Origin: Bacilli bacterium
GTDB taxonomy: Bacteria > Bacillota_I > Bacilli_A > RFN20 > CAG-826
Direction of reading: 5' to 3'
DNA: 64,000 nucleotides
Assembly (NCBI GenBank): GCA_045600585.1
Contig: JAZRYE010000032.1
Coordinates: 12,351 to 76,350, forward strand
Shown: positions 1-10,471 of the stretch, piece by piece
Layout of the letters: every line of letters starts with the position of its first letter
How positions within the stretch are numbered: position 1 is the stretch's first letter
Notes under the pieces: generated by a model
What the model was told of the DNA's origin: nothing
Database searches by the model: none
The model's input: only the letters and a program-made list of their open reading frames with translations
Made by a program: the position numbers and the translations under genes

Positions 1-816
1 ATTAAATGTATAGAACGAACTCATGCCTTCTTTACCATTTAATGAAGCAAGCATACCTTCCATCATTAATGCTGAATAGTCTTGGTGGTTGCCAGGGAAA
101 AGAATTGGAGAAACATTTCTACCAGCCATATATTGTGTTAATACGACGAATTCTTCTAAAGATGTTGGTAAACCGTCATCATCAGTTCCGAATTGACCAT
201 CATTACCACATGCTTTCTTTGTATTAGCATTTCTAACAAATTTATATGTTTTGCCATTTAATTCATATGGGAAAACTTGTGAATCATCTAAAGAAGGATC
301 CGCAAAGAAGAGATTTCTCTTTGTGAATAATTCATAGTCATATGTAGCGCCTGGATAAAGTTCATAGTGAGGAAGAGCATAGTATTCTCCACCATATTTA
401 AGAACTGTTTTCATTGTGTCATCAATTTTGCTATCGATTGTTTTGCCATCAGTGTTTGTTTCCATGACCCAATCGTTGATGTTTAATAATGATCCATTTG
501 CAGCTAAATCTTGAGGGAAGCCTGTATCTTCAGTGATATAGATGTTTTTAGCTTGGCCTTTCATTGATGATGTATCAACAAGTTTAGTGTGAGATACTTT
601 GATATCAACACCTTTCTTACCTGATTCATATGATTCATCTTTTTTAGCTTCTTTGAATCTTTCGATTGATCTTTCTAACCATTCTTTACCAACGCCACCA
701 TTGTAGTGAAGGATTTGAATTTGAGTTGCTGTACCTTTGCCACCATTACCGCCGCAAGCGCCAAGTAAAGCAGAAGTCATAGCAATTAATGGGAGTAATA
801 ATAAACCTTTTTTCAT
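1..816 (-). CDS. ABC transporter sugar-binding lipoprotein (family 1 solute-binding protein), 5'-partial at window edge
   Basis: Reverse-strand ORF opens at ATG (complement 814-816) with lipoprotein signal MKKGLLLLPLIAMTSALLGAC and runs off the window start. Its periplasmic-binding-protein-like sequence is the reason no ORF is reported here in the track. Confidence 0.7.
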   Translation of the reverse strand, partial: MKKGLLLLPLIAMTSALLGACGGNGGKGTATQIQILHYNGGVGKEWLERSIERFKEAKKDESYESGKKGVDIKVSHTKLVDTSSMKGQAKNIYITEDTGFPQDLAANGSLLNINDWVMETNTDGKTIDSKIDDTMKTVLKYGGEYYALPHYELYPGATYDYELFTKRNLFFADPSLDDSQVFPYELNGKTYKFVRNANTKKACGNDGQFGTDDDGLPTSLEEFVVLTQYMAGRNVSPILFPGNHQDYSALMMEGMLASLNGKEGMSSFYTFN

Positions 817-892
817 ATTGTTTACCTCGCAAAATTATAAATTTATTTGTTAAATTTTATATCAATTAAAACACTATTACATATATAAAATA

Positions 893-2281
893 TTATTTTA
901 TGTCATCAAAGACCATATCTTTTCTTATATCTGGCCTAATAGTAGATATTTCAATATTTTTTAAGTGCAAATTAATAATGTGTCTAAAGTAGATGCCTTT
1001 AGCAGGTAAAACTTTGCCATAGACATATACTTCAGGATATTCTTGAGCCTCTTCAGGAACTATTTCGTTATATTCATTGCAGCCACCTGCTAATTCAAAT
1101 TTAATATTTTCTAATGTGATATTTTCCAAGTCATGTCCTGGTAGGCCACAAATATTTGAAATAAATTGCCATGGGCTGTCTTTGGATTCATTGAGATTTT
1201 TAACACCCTCAGCACTACCAAAAATCCAAGGATATTGCTTTCTATCTTTGTTAACAAAGGAAACATAGTTCCACTCGATAATATCGTAAGGTTCATATGG
1301 ACCTGTAGCAGTAATATTCTTGATTGTAATATTCTTGATTTGACCAATTTTAATTCCTTTAGGTCCTCTTAATCTTTTACCCAAATGAATAAACAATGGG
1401 CTAGCAACATTTCTCATATTAACATTATCGATATTAATATCATCAATAATTGCTCCATCAACAGATTCAATTGCGATACCCGCCATACGTGTTTCACGAA
1501 TATTAATATCTTTAATATTTATATGTTTAAAACCACCATTGGTTTCTGTACCAAACTTAATCGCGTTACATCTAGATTTTAAGTTGCAATTATATATCTC
1601 AATATTTTCGCATTCATCAAATCTATTTAATGTGAAAGAAGACTTAACAGCAATCGCATCATCACCTGCTTCTATATCGCAGTTTTTGATAACGACATTT
1701 TTAGAATTGTCAGGAGAAACGCCATCGATATATACACGCATTTTAATATTATCTACTAAGACATTATTACAACCGGCAAAATAAATAGCTAAATCCGTTG
1801 CGTTATATAGCTCAAAATCTTTAAAAGATAGTTCATCACATTCTTTGAATGCAAAGGCTTTTGGTCCTCTATGAACAATGTTTCTAACATTATCTAGATC
1901 CCATGTTGATTGCATATCAATAATACCAGGTCCAAAGAACGATATATTTTTAACGTTTTTTCCAACAAATAAAGAACAGTCAAAATAACTATGAGAAGAG
2001 TCTTGGTATAAAGGATAGCTAATCTTTTCTTCAGGTGCATAATCATAGAAGTTTTCACTTCCTAAAATAAGGCAGCCTTCTTCAAAAACAAAATGAAGAT
2101 CAGAATGAACAAAGATTGTAGATAAAAGATATTTTCCTTTAGGGAATATTAATGTTGTTTCTTCATCTAAGCCATCAATAATTGATTGTAGCTTTTTTGA
2201 TACTAATTCATTTGTGTTAGGTAAAATACCTAATTCGTTAATATTTATAATTTTCATTGTATTAATTATATTACAAAACAT
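893..2281 (-). CDS. glycoside hydrolase family 28 (polygalacturonase-like, right-handed beta-helix)
   Basis: Motifs NATD, AGDDAIAVKS and RNAIKFG are typical of GH28. There is no signal peptide. The start may be the internal MKIININ (about 2257). Confidence 0.7.
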   Translation of the reverse strand: MFCNIINTMKIININELGILPNTNELVSKKLQSIIDGLDEETTLIFPKGKYLLSTIFVHSDLHFVFEEGCLILGSENFYDYAPEEKISYPLYQDSSHSYFDCSLFVGKNVKNISFFGPGIIDMQSTWDLDNVRNIVHRGPKAFAFKECDELSFKDFELYNATDLAIYFAGCNNVLVDNIKMRVYIDGVSPDNSKNVVIKNCDIEAGDDAIAVKSSFTLNRFDECENIEIYNCNLKSRCNAIKFGTETNGGFKHINIKDINIRETRMAGIAIESVDGAIIDDINIDNVNMRNVASPLFIHLGKRLRGPKGIKIGQIKNITIKNITATGPYEPYDIIEWNYVSFVNKDRKQYPWIFGSAEGVKNLNESKDSPWQFISNICGLPGHDLENITLENIKFELAGGCNEYNEIVPEEAQEYPEVYVYGKVLPAKGIYFRHIINLHLKNIEISTIRPDIRKDMVFDDIK

Positions 2282-2301
2282 TTAAATTTAAATGTTTTTT
2301 C

Positions 2302-2332
2302 ATAATAAAAGCCCCTCATTAAGTGAGAGGCT
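2302..2332 (-). terminator. rho-independent terminator of the secreted-protein gene
   Basis: Hairpin GCCCCTCA-N5-TGAGAGGC followed by a U-run on the minus-strand RNA, directly 3' of the stop at 2353. Confidence 0.6.
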
Positions 2333-2352
2333 ATGTTACTTAAATAGCTCAA

Positions 2353-4206
2353 TTAAGCTAAGAATTGAAGATTATCGAAGTAATATGTGCCTTGATTACA
2401 AGATGAATTGTAAGCTAAGCAATAATGTGTAGATGCTCTTAAAGAATTCATTTCAGCTTTTGTAATTGTGTATGTATGCCATTGTCCATCACCTGGAACG
2501 GTTTGAGTGCCAGCAAAGTTTGTGATTTGACCATCTGGAGTCATGATATCAATAGAAATACCAGCAGCATTCATGTGATCACCAAAGAACGTTTTATTGA
2601 AATAAATATTGAAGTTCTTATTAGAACCACCACCTTGGACATATTTTAATGATGATACACCTTCAGTAGCAAATTCATTTGTGATAGAACCACCAACAGC
2701 AGAACCGGCATTAATATAGAAGACATGGTCATTGTAATCTCTTAAATTTTGTCCGCCTCTTCTATCTTCGGCTCTAGTGTTGTTATAAGCAATTTCAACG
2801 TTTTGAGCGGAATTGCCTAAAGCAGTATCTTCAAAGCCTTGAGTTCCTAATAATGGTCTTAAGTTATCAATATAGAAAGTACCATTACATTGAGAACCAG
2901 CAAATCTTAATGCTCTGAAGTAACCATTTGAATTTACATCCATTTTATCTTTAGGGATAAATACTGTGTTCCATTTATTTGCATAGAAATTGCCTTTCCA
3001 TGATTCAATGATTCCATTACCGCATTGGACAGCACCATTGATTTGGCCTGCAGTTGTAGCATTGACATCTACACCATCAACTTCCTCACTGAAATAGATG
3101 TCTAATAAATAGCCAGCGCCTGGGCAATTATCTTTGAATTCTTGTGGTAAATACATAGAAATGGCACCAGAAGTTGCTGTTTTTTCAATCTTTAATGATC
3201 TATTTCCTTCAGATTTAATGTTGTAGTCAAAGGAGATTTTATCAATTGTACCATCATCAGCAAATCTCCAGTCGCCCCAATCTGAACCAGTATGTGTTGC
3301 ATATCTAGAATCGCTTGAACGGAAGTAGCCAAGACCTCTCCAGTCTGATTTGCTAACGCCTCTAACTGTACCAGTTTCAAAGCCATAATAGTTTTTATCT
3401 TGTGTGCCATGAGAAGCAATTCTGAAATTATCGAAATATAATTCGGCATCAGCGCCTAATTGTTCAGCGTTAACAAATTGCCAGTTATCAAAATAAGCAT
3501 CGACTAAATGTTGGTAGAATGTTCTTTCGAAGCAGAATGTCTTCCAATTAGTATTTAAGCCTGTGCACCAATCTTTTCCTAAGATATCTCCAGAACCTTT
3601 ATTGTCCATATCATATGGAGTAGCACCAGCGCCTGTACCATCTTTAATTGTGTATCTTCTGAAGTTGTTATAATTGTCAGAAGCTTTAGCATCGAAATAG
3701 ATACCTTTAACATTAGGATCAGCAAAAACTTTGTCTAAGTAAGATTTAACAAGTCTAAAACGAGCAACAGCTTTACCATCTTCACCATTTGCAACAATCT
3801 TTAAAACATGGCTGCCTGAAGTAGCGGTTTCATCTTCAACGATAGCAGCGCTCTTCTTTAAGTTAATATCAAATAAAGCAAGATCACTTTCGTCTTCGAA
3901 GTCAATTGTGCCGATTTGAGCAACTCTTCTTTCATCATTTAAAGCTAATTTGTTAATAAATGCTTGTGTAGGTTGGCCCTTTTCTTCGATTTCTCCGGCA
4001 GGTTCAGTTAATACAGTTGTGCCATTACAATCTGTCCAATATTCTTTTGAACCAACGGTTTTAGTTGTTGCAGCAACTGCATCGTAATGATACCACTTAC
4101 CATCAGCAGTTGACTTTGTTAAACCTTTAGTTCCTAATGCTGCTACAACCGAGACAGCTAATACGGAAAGACATGCAAATGACGCGATTTTTGTTTTCTT
4201 TGTCAT
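2353..4206 (-). CDS. secreted Gly/Asn/Tyr/Asp-rich protein, putative carbohydrate-binding or polysaccharide-active protein
   Basis: N-terminal signal peptide MTKKTKIASFACLSVLAVSVVAALG. The beta-rich composition fits a secreted carbohydrate-binding protein. It sits between two GH28 genes. Confidence 0.5.
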   Translation of the reverse strand: MTKKTKIASFACLSVLAVSVVAALGTKGLTKSTADGKWYHYDAVAATTKTVGSKEYWTDCNGTTVLTEPAGEIEEKGQPTQAFINKLALNDERRVAQIGTIDFEDESDLALFDINLKKSAAIVEDETATSGSHVLKIVANGEDGKAVARFRLVKSYLDKVFADPNVKGIYFDAKASDNYNNFRRYTIKDGTGAGATPYDMDNKGSGDILGKDWCTGLNTNWKTFCFERTFYQHLVDAYFDNWQFVNAEQLGADAELYFDNFRIASHGTQDKNYYGFETGTVRGVSKSDWRGLGYFRSSDSRYATHTGSDWGDWRFADDGTIDKISFDYNIKSEGNRSLKIEKTATSGAISMYLPQEFKDNCPGAGYLLDIYFSEEVDGVDVNATTAGQINGAVQCGNGIIESWKGNFYANKWNTVFIPKDKMDVNSNGYFRALRFAGSQCNGTFYIDNLRPLLGTQGFEDTALGNSAQNVEIAYNNTRAEDRRGGQNLRDYNDHVFYINAGSAVGGSITNEFATEGVSSLKYVQGGGSNKNFNIYFNKTFFGDHMNAAGISIDIMTPDGQITNFAGTQTVPGDGQWHTYTITKAEMNSLRASTHYCLAYNSSCNQGTYYFDNLQFLA

Positions 4207-4321
4207 AAAAAAGTCCTCTCTTTTGAAAATTACATTATGTATTCAAAAAATTTATATTATTAATATAACATAGAGTTATTTATTTGCATTATCATTTTTT
4301 GCTGTTTCAAATACTATTTAA

Positions 4322-4335
4322 TATATATATATATT
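4322..4335. repeat. (TA)7 dinucleotide repeat in AT-rich promoter region
   Basis: atatatatatatat read directly from the sequence. Confidence 0.8.
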
Positions 4336-4425
4336 AAACAAATGTTACTCGTGTATACAAATTAAGATATTTTAAGCACATTACAATATATTAGATTAAA
4401 ATGTGCATATACGCATAAAGTATGA

Positions 4426-5871
4426 TTAATTCAAGATAATATCTTCTACTATTGCATCCGCATGCTCAACGACAATGCCGTTATCTTTATTATTTTTAAT
4501 TGTTAAGCCGCTAATTGATATTTTATTAAAAGCAGTTGGATAATCTTCAAATCCTTTTATTTCAACAAATGGTCTCTCATCGACTTTATCAGCTTTCCAA
4601 AAGCAGCGGCCGGTAACTGAACAATTATGAACATTAATATTTTCAAATGTTGTTATTTGGTTAGATGATTCTCCATCATCGTTATATGGGACCGTAGCAA
4701 TTCTAATCTGAGCTAATTTTGTATTATAGACATAGATATTTTTAACATATCCACCACGTTTTTTTGTAGTTTTGATATGTAGTCCCGCAAGTGATTTTTC
4801 AAAATCGTTATCATAGATAAAAACATGAGAAACTCCACCACTAATTTCACTACCCATAGCTACACCATGTCCATATATTGTATGACAATCAAAAATATGA
4901 ATATTACTTGTTTCTCTTGCGATGATATTACCTTCAGGATTCTTGCCGCTTTTAATAGCGACGCAGTCATCACCGACATCAAAAGTTGTTCCAAATAAAG
5001 TGCAATTTGTTGAACTATCAGGATTCCATCCATCACCATTATGAATGCCATATGATTTGATAAAGCAATTGCATGTGACTATATTAGAAGAATAAATCAT
5101 ATGGATGTTCCAAGAAGGAGAAAATCCTAATGTTAAACCTGATATAACAATATTTTCTGCGTTGGAGATATTGATTAATCTTCCTCTTTTTCTACCTTCC
5201 GCACCATTCTTATTAAAGTCTTCTTCTGTTGCAGTTGGTTTTTCTTTTAATATCGTGTCTTTCAATAGTTTAAGACCACCACCAATAATAGATCCTTCAC
5301 CATAAATAACTATGTTAGAAGTTGTATATCCTTTTGTATGATCTAATTCACCAATATTAATTAAAGAAGAACGACAAACCATTTCAATTCCTTCAAATCG
5401 AGAATTGATATATGGATAATCTAAAGCCATTCCACTGCCTTTAATAACTGCATCTTTTTCTAAATATATTCTTTTATTAGAAGAGACGAATAATGCTCCA
5501 CAAAGGTAAGTTCCTTTTTTAAATACTAATTCTTCATCTTCTTTTAAATTATTAATAAGATTTTGGATTTCTTTTGTGACGTTATTTGTTCCAGAATTAT
5601 CACAATTAGCAACTACCTTCTTTCTTTTAGGAAGCGTTCTAATAGTAACCTCTTCAAAAAGAGAATCAAAAAGCATAATACGAATCTCGTATTTCGTATT
5701 TTCTTTTAAATTCTTTATTTCATAATGGGATACTTTTGTTGAACCAATTTCCTTATCATTAATAAAAATCTTAAAGATAGATTCTTTATAGCAAGATAAA
5801 TCAGCGTATGATTCATAGAACCAATAAAGAGTTATTTGGTTTTCAAAAGCAATGTATTTTATTTTATTCAT
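4426..5871 (-). CDS. glycoside hydrolase family 28 with N-terminal FN3-like domain (exo-polygalacturonase-like)
   Basis: Classic GH28 motifs GDDCVAIKSG, GHG and NCTLFG. No signal peptide. Overlaps the upstream gene by 8 nt, so probably in one operon. Confidence 0.75.
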   Translation of the reverse strand: MNKIKYIAFENQITLYWFYESYADLSCYKESIFKIFINDKEIGSTKVSHYEIKNLKENTKYEIRIMLFDSLFEEVTIRTLPKRKKVVANCDNSGTNNVTKEIQNLINNLKEDEELVFKKGTYLCGALFVSSNKRIYLEKDAVIKGSGMALDYPYINSRFEGIEMVCRSSLINIGELDHTKGYTTSNIVIYGEGSIIGGGLKLLKDTILKEKPTATEEDFNKNGAEGRKRGRLINISNAENIVISGLTLGFSPSWNIHMIYSSNIVTCNCFIKSYGIHNGDGWNPDSSTNCTLFGTTFDVGDDCVAIKSGKNPEGNIIARETSNIHIFDCHTIYGHGVAMGSEISGGVSHVFIYDNDFEKSLAGLHIKTTKKRGGYVKNIYVYNTKLAQIRIATVPYNDDGESSNQITTFENINVHNCSVTGRCFWKADKVDERPFVEIKGFEDYPTAFNKISISGLTIKNNKDNGIVVEHADAIVEDIILN

Positions 5872-7558
5872 AAATATCTTGAATCATTAAAATTGTAAAG
5901 CTAGCAGACCAGTTATAATCGGATATGCTATGAACATGTTTACGGTAATCAGGATTTTTTAAAGGTTCACCTTTTCTATGACACATAAAAGGAGAAATCT
6001 CATCTTTAGGATCATAGAATTCAAAAATACATCCTGATTTTTTATACCACTTATTAACTTTATCTAGTGTTATATCTCTTAATTCCTTGGCTTCATCTTT
6101 ATATCCATAATTCAATAAGCCTTGAATTACAAAATAATTTAAATTAAGCCAGACTCCACCTCTCCACATGTCATTACCAAATTCTTCATTCTTTTGAGTA
6201 ATACTTGCAAGAGGGAAATTAGTCCATAATTCATCTTCATTCTTAAGTAATGAAACAAGTTTCTTTGCTTGTTCTTTATTAGAGATGCCAACAAACATTG
6301 GTAAGAAGCTTGAATGAGTTAAAACATGAGTTAATGTTCCGTCAAATAAACGATCATAATATGTTCCATCTTTTTCATCCCACATTAAATTATTGATTAA
6401 GGATGATACCTTTTGATGGATTTCATTCCATTTATCTGATTCTTCATTTTTACCTAGTTCTTTATAAATTAAAGATAAGTACTTTGTATCTAAAGCAAAA
6501 TATGAAGAGAAATCGATACAGTCCATATTTTGATCAAAGTCAAATCGAGGTGAATTATCTAATCCACTTTCTCCGCATTTGCATTTAGTATCTAATGGAT
6601 CTGTATACCATTCTAATAAACCGTTTTTATTTTCATCGCGGTTATTCATATCGTATTCAAGATATTTGGTTAAATATGGTAAGCATCTAAATAAGAATTC
6701 TTTATTGCCACTTCTTTTATAAACTTGATATGTCGCATAGCTCATAACGCAAGGTTGAGTGATATCAGTAAAATCAGTTGGATTTGCCATATGAGGAATA
6801 AAACCATTTGGTTTCATTTGACTTAACATAGCAAATAATACTTCTTCAGCTAAAGAAGGGTTATATGTTGACATTGCTAAAGCATGGAACGCACTATCCC
6901 ACATCCACATATGTCTATGAGGTACTCGATCAGGAGTAGTCCACATGTATTTAATTTGTCCTTCAGGTGTATGGACATTAACTTTGTTAATTGATAAAGC
7001 TTTATAATACAAAGATTCATATTTTTTATCTTTGCACTTAGGCATATTTTCATAGTATTTGAGATATTTAGTAATTAATTCATCAACATCAGAATTATTC
7101 ATAAAATATCTAGAGCCAGCACTGGCTTCATAGAATGAGAACGAATTATGAATAACAAATTTATATAAATTATTTTCTTTTTTATAGGTGACCCCTAAAA
7201 AGTGATTATCTAATTGATAGATATCCGCACCTTTAAATTGATAAGAAGTTAATTTCTTTTCGCCTTTAAAAATAGGTAAAGTAGGAGAAACACCAACTAG
7301 AGTGTCGGAGTCTAAGAAAGTTAATTTAAATTCAGTTTCATTAATTGAAGCAACAACAAAATCACTCATAACATATTTAAAAGAAATCTTTCCTTCAAAT
7401 GGGAAATTAAATTTAATGTAATGGCTCTTATATTCAATTCTGAATTCTAACTTTTTCTTCATCGTCATTAAGATGAAATCATCATAATAACGGTTTGGTC
7501 CTTCAATTCCGGAAAAACCAAAGAGTTGTCCATAACCCCAAATCTTGTTTAATTTCAT
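5864..7558 (-). CDS. (alpha/alpha)6-barrel glycoside hydrolase (GH63 / mannosylglycerate-hydrolase-like)
   Basis: HMWMWDSAFHA-type motif and overall six-hairpin glycosidase character. Family assignment is from memory only. Confidence 0.5.
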   Translation of the reverse strand: MKLNKIWGYGQLFGFSGIEGPNRYYDDFILMTMKKKLEFRIEYKSHYIKFNFPFEGKISFKYVMSDFVVASINETEFKLTFLDSDTLVGVSPTLPIFKGEKKLTSYQFKGADIYQLDNHFLGVTYKKENNLYKFVIHNSFSFYEASAGSRYFMNNSDVDELITKYLKYYENMPKCKDKKYESLYYKALSINKVNVHTPEGQIKYMWTTPDRVPHRHMWMWDSAFHALAMSTYNPSLAEEVLFAMLSQMKPNGFIPHMANPTDFTDITQPCVMSYATYQVYKRSGNKEFLFRCLPYLTKYLEYDMNNRDENKNGLLEWYTDPLDTKCKCGESGLDNSPRFDFDQNMDCIDFSSYFALDTKYLSLIYKELGKNEESDKWNEIHQKVSSLINNLMWDEKDGTYYDRLFDGTLTHVLTHSSFLPMFVGISNKEQAKKLVSLLKNEDELWTNFPLASITQKNEEFGNDMWRGGVWLNLNYFVIQGLLNYGYKDEAKELRDITLDKVNKWYKKSGCIFEFYDPKDEISPFMCHRKGEPLKNPDYRKHVHSISDYNWSASFTILMIQDIYE

Positions 7559-7705
7559 AATATTTACCTGTAATTTTGTTTTCTTACTAAAACTATAATT
7601 CTTATTGTTTTATTTATCCATAGCATAAAGCACTTATTTATTATTAATTAATGTTTACTGTATAAAAAGACTAGAGATTAACTCTAGTCTAAATAGATGC
7701 ATTTA

Positions 7706-9154
7706 TTACTTAGTTTCTTCTATTGATTCTCTTATGTAAATATCTTTTTTCTTGCCAGAGATAATCATATATGTTGTGTATCCAGCAAATAAGACAAAGA
7801 AGATAGCAAATGCAATTAAAACATGAGTGAAATCTTTAATTGCAAAGTTAAGTAATAATAGAAGCGGAGCAACGAATATAATCGCAGGTAATTGGCTTGT
7901 GATATATAAGTTTGCAGCAGGAGTTTCAAAGTTTGGATCGATTTCTTTTAATAAAATCATGCCATTACTTGCTGTACCTGTTAAGGCTCCAAAGTTTGTA
8001 ACAAACATTTCATGTTCATATCCCTTATAACAATGTCTTGTGATAAGTCTGATATAGATATATGTCGCAACCATGCCAAGAACAGAAATGAGGATAATAA
8101 TCCAAATGTATTTTTTAACTGCTTCAATTTCAATTGCAGCAACGCCTGCAACAATCATTAAGTCAAAAGCAAATCCTGAGATTCTATCCATCTGATAGTT
8201 ATTGATATATTCTCTTTTAACAACTTTGGCTTTCTTGAGAAGTCTTAATAAAATCTTAATTAAGTTCGCAGTAATAACGCCCCAAATAAAGTTGAATCCC
8301 CAAGCAATTCCGTTTGTGAAATTACTAATTTTAGCAAATATGCACATGATGCCAAATGCACCAGCATAGCCTAACGCTACAAACGCTAATTGAATTGTGA
8401 ATTTATCAATTGATTCTGTATCAGGGATTTCGTTATCTGCTTCAAACATTTCAACAGTCTTTTCTCTTGCAGGTTTATGGCCATTAACAACAATTTGTCC
8501 TTTTCTTCTAAAGATATTGATATAAACAACACCAACTAAAGAAGCAACAATAAAGCCAACTGAAGCAATAGTTAAACCAACACTACCATTACCTGTAAAT
8601 AATGCGTTACCGCCTTCATCAACTAAAGAAGAGAAAGTAACATCCCATGCTAAAGCGTTGCCTGGTCCTTGGCCAAATCCTAATGGAAGTAATAAACCTG
8701 TACCATAGAAGATGCCTTTTGTTACCAAATAGAAAACAATAGAAATGCCTAGGCCAACAACAGCTTGTAACATATATGTTCCACCAGTTAAGGCGCCAGC
8801 TTCAATAATCTTTCTTTTTGCAGTTTTGTTTTTCGCTTTTGTTGTTTTTAAAGACATAGCAACAAAGCCAATACCTAAGCCGTGATAAGTAATAACTTGC
8901 ATGATTTGTTGATCAACTAAACCAGTGACTCCAAACCAAGTAACTCCACATTGTTTCATGATGATATCAATAGTCAATATGATAAGACCACCAAGCAATG
9001 CAGAAGGTATTAAACCTTTCTTTAAGAAAGGAACAACATTTCTTAATAAGTTTCCTAGTAATAAACCAATTAAAAGGATACCGACTTGAACCATGATAGC
9101 CCAAACAGCACCATAGTTATCAAGATTAAAACTCCATTGAGCGTCAAAAACCAT
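7706..9154 (-). CDS. polytopic membrane transporter, GltS-like sodium:solute symporter family
   Basis: About 12 predicted transmembrane segments. The C-terminal GALTGTASNGM...ETPAANLYITSQLPAI resembles the GltS re-entrant loop region. Confidence 0.4.
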   Translation of the reverse strand: MVFDAQWSFNLDNYGAVWAIMVQVGILLIGLLLGNLLRNVVPFLKKGLIPSALLGGLIILTIDIIMKQCGVTWFGVTGLVDQQIMQVITYHGLGIGFVAMSLKTTKAKNKTAKRKIIEAGALTGGTYMLQAVVGLGISIVFYLVTKGIFYGTGLLLPLGFGQGPGNALAWDVTFSSLVDEGGNALFTGNGSVGLTIASVGFIVASLVGVVYINIFRRKGQIVVNGHKPAREKTVEMFEADNEIPDTESIDKFTIQLAFVALGYAGAFGIMCIFAKISNFTNGIAWGFNFIWGVITANLIKILLRLLKKAKVVKREYINNYQMDRISGFAFDLMIVAGVAAIEIEAVKKYIWIIILISVLGMVATYIYIRLITRHCYKGYEHEMFVTNFGALTGTASNGMILLKEIDPNFETPAANLYITSQLPAIIFVAPLLLLLNFAIKDFTHVLIAFAIFFVLFAGYTTYMIISGKKKDIYIRESIEETK

Positions 9155-9166
9155 AAATATTCCCTC

Positions 9167-10366
9167 CTAATCAAGATTGAAATAACGATCCATTGATTTT
9201 TCTTTCATCAATGTATCAAGATGATTAAACATAAATACATATTTAAGTGGATTAAAGCGGTCACTACCTTTGACCAAATAACTATTATTACCAATTGTAA
9301 AATTAAAGTTTTTGCCATTAATTGGGCTGGCAATTGACAACTCTTTTATTGGTAAACGAATTGCATCATTAAAAATTAATTCTTTATCAGTTAAAGTAAT
9401 GCTTCCTTTAGAAATAAGTTTTCTTTTTTGTAACGATTCAGAAGTATAGAGCTTACAGAATTCATCTTTATAGATGACTTCACCTTCTTTGACTTGGTAA
9501 TTTTTGACAAATTCTTTTTGGAATTCATACCATTCAACCATTCTTGTATATGGGAAATCATTATCTCCTTCAAGTCGAAGATGCTCTGTATATTTAACTT
9601 TGCTTCCGCATTCTAAGCATTCAATATATTGTCCTTTAGAAACTAGTTTGTTTTGTGTTTGACATTTAGGGCAAGCAAAGAACATTCTTTCCAAATATTC
9701 AGCACTTCTTTTGCTCTTATATTCATATTTAGACTCACTATCATAGACTTTTAAATAGTCACAAATAATTTCTAATAAATCTTCGTTAGAAATTTGTTGA
9801 AGTTCATTTGGTTTAATTACCTTCACTACTTTTCCTTCTAGATGTCCTTTTCTCTTTTTATGAGCAAAACGAGGATCAACACCTGTTCCCCCAACTAAAT
9901 TATATAAAACTAATGTGATATTAATCTTTTTGACGAGTTTAACTAGACCTAAACCTATTTCGTATTGGAATTCAGCGTATGTTCTATTCCCTTCAGGGAA
10001 CATCATCAAGTTGCCACCCTCTTTTGCAACTTGCATCATGTCTTGAATGCAGCCTAAATCAGTTGTGCCTTTTTTCATTGGCAAAGGTGCAAATATATGA
10101 TTTAGTAATTTATAAATCCATCCAGTTGTAGTTATTGAATCCGTGCAAACGAAATGAAGAAGTTTATTAAAAGATAAGGAAACAAATAAAGGATCTAAAC
10201 CAGCTTGATGGTTAGATAATACGAATACTTGTTCACCCTTTTTAATTTTGTATTTTCTTCCTCTTTTAAATCCATAGAATTTATCAATAAGGAATACGAT
10301 CGGTTTTAATAAATGAAAGAAAAACGCGTGTCTTCCTTTAACAATCTTCTTTTTCTTTTTCTTCAT
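9167..10366 (-). CDS. lysophospholipid acyltransferase (PlsC family) with C-terminal zinc-ribbon extension
   Basis: NHQAGLD (HX4D) and FPEGNRT acyltransferase motifs. CPKC...CLEC zinc ribbon. Poly-Lys N-terminus. Confidence 0.7.
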   Translation of the reverse strand: MKKKKKKIVKGRHAFFFHLLKPIVFLIDKFYGFKRGRKYKIKKGEQVFVLSNHQAGLDPLFVSLSFNKLLHFVCTDSITTTGWIYKLLNHIFAPLPMKKGTTDLGCIQDMMQVAKEGGNLMMFPEGNRTYAEFQYEIGLGLVKLVKKINITLVLYNLVGGTGVDPRFAHKKRKGHLEGKVVKVIKPNELQQISNEDLLEIICDYLKVYDSESKYEYKSKRSAEYLERMFFACPKCQTQNKLVSKGQYIECLECGSKVKYTEHLRLEGDNDFPYTRMVEWYEFQKEFVKNYQVKEGEVIYKDEFCKLYTSESLQKRKLISKGSITLTDKELIFNDAIRLPIKELSIASPINGKNFNFTIGNNSYLVKGSDRFNPLKYVFMFNHLDTLMKEKSMDRYFNLD

Positions 10367-10417
10367 AACTTGTTTTATTATATTCCTTTTTTAAAATTTG
10401 TAAAATTTTGCAAGAAA

Positions 10418-10452
10418 AAAAGAGGCAACAATTACAATTTTTGTTACCTCTT
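10418..10452 (-). terminator. rho-independent terminator of hpf
   Basis: Imperfect hairpin AGAGGCAACAA / TTGTTACCTCT with a U-run on the minus-strand RNA. Confidence 0.55.
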
Positions 10453-10471
10453 CAAGATTTTGTCTAATTAA

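Noticed and set aside
6-227. 73-aa plus-strand ORF at the window start
   Set aside because: It is antisense within the clearly coding sugar-binding lipoprotein gene at 1-816.
10347-10366. AAGAAA-type repeats encoding poly-Lys at the acyltransferase N-terminus, considered as a possible phase-variation tract
   Set aside because: It is not a homopolymeric or perfect short tandem repeat tract. It is more likely a simple Lys-rich cytoplasmic anchor region.
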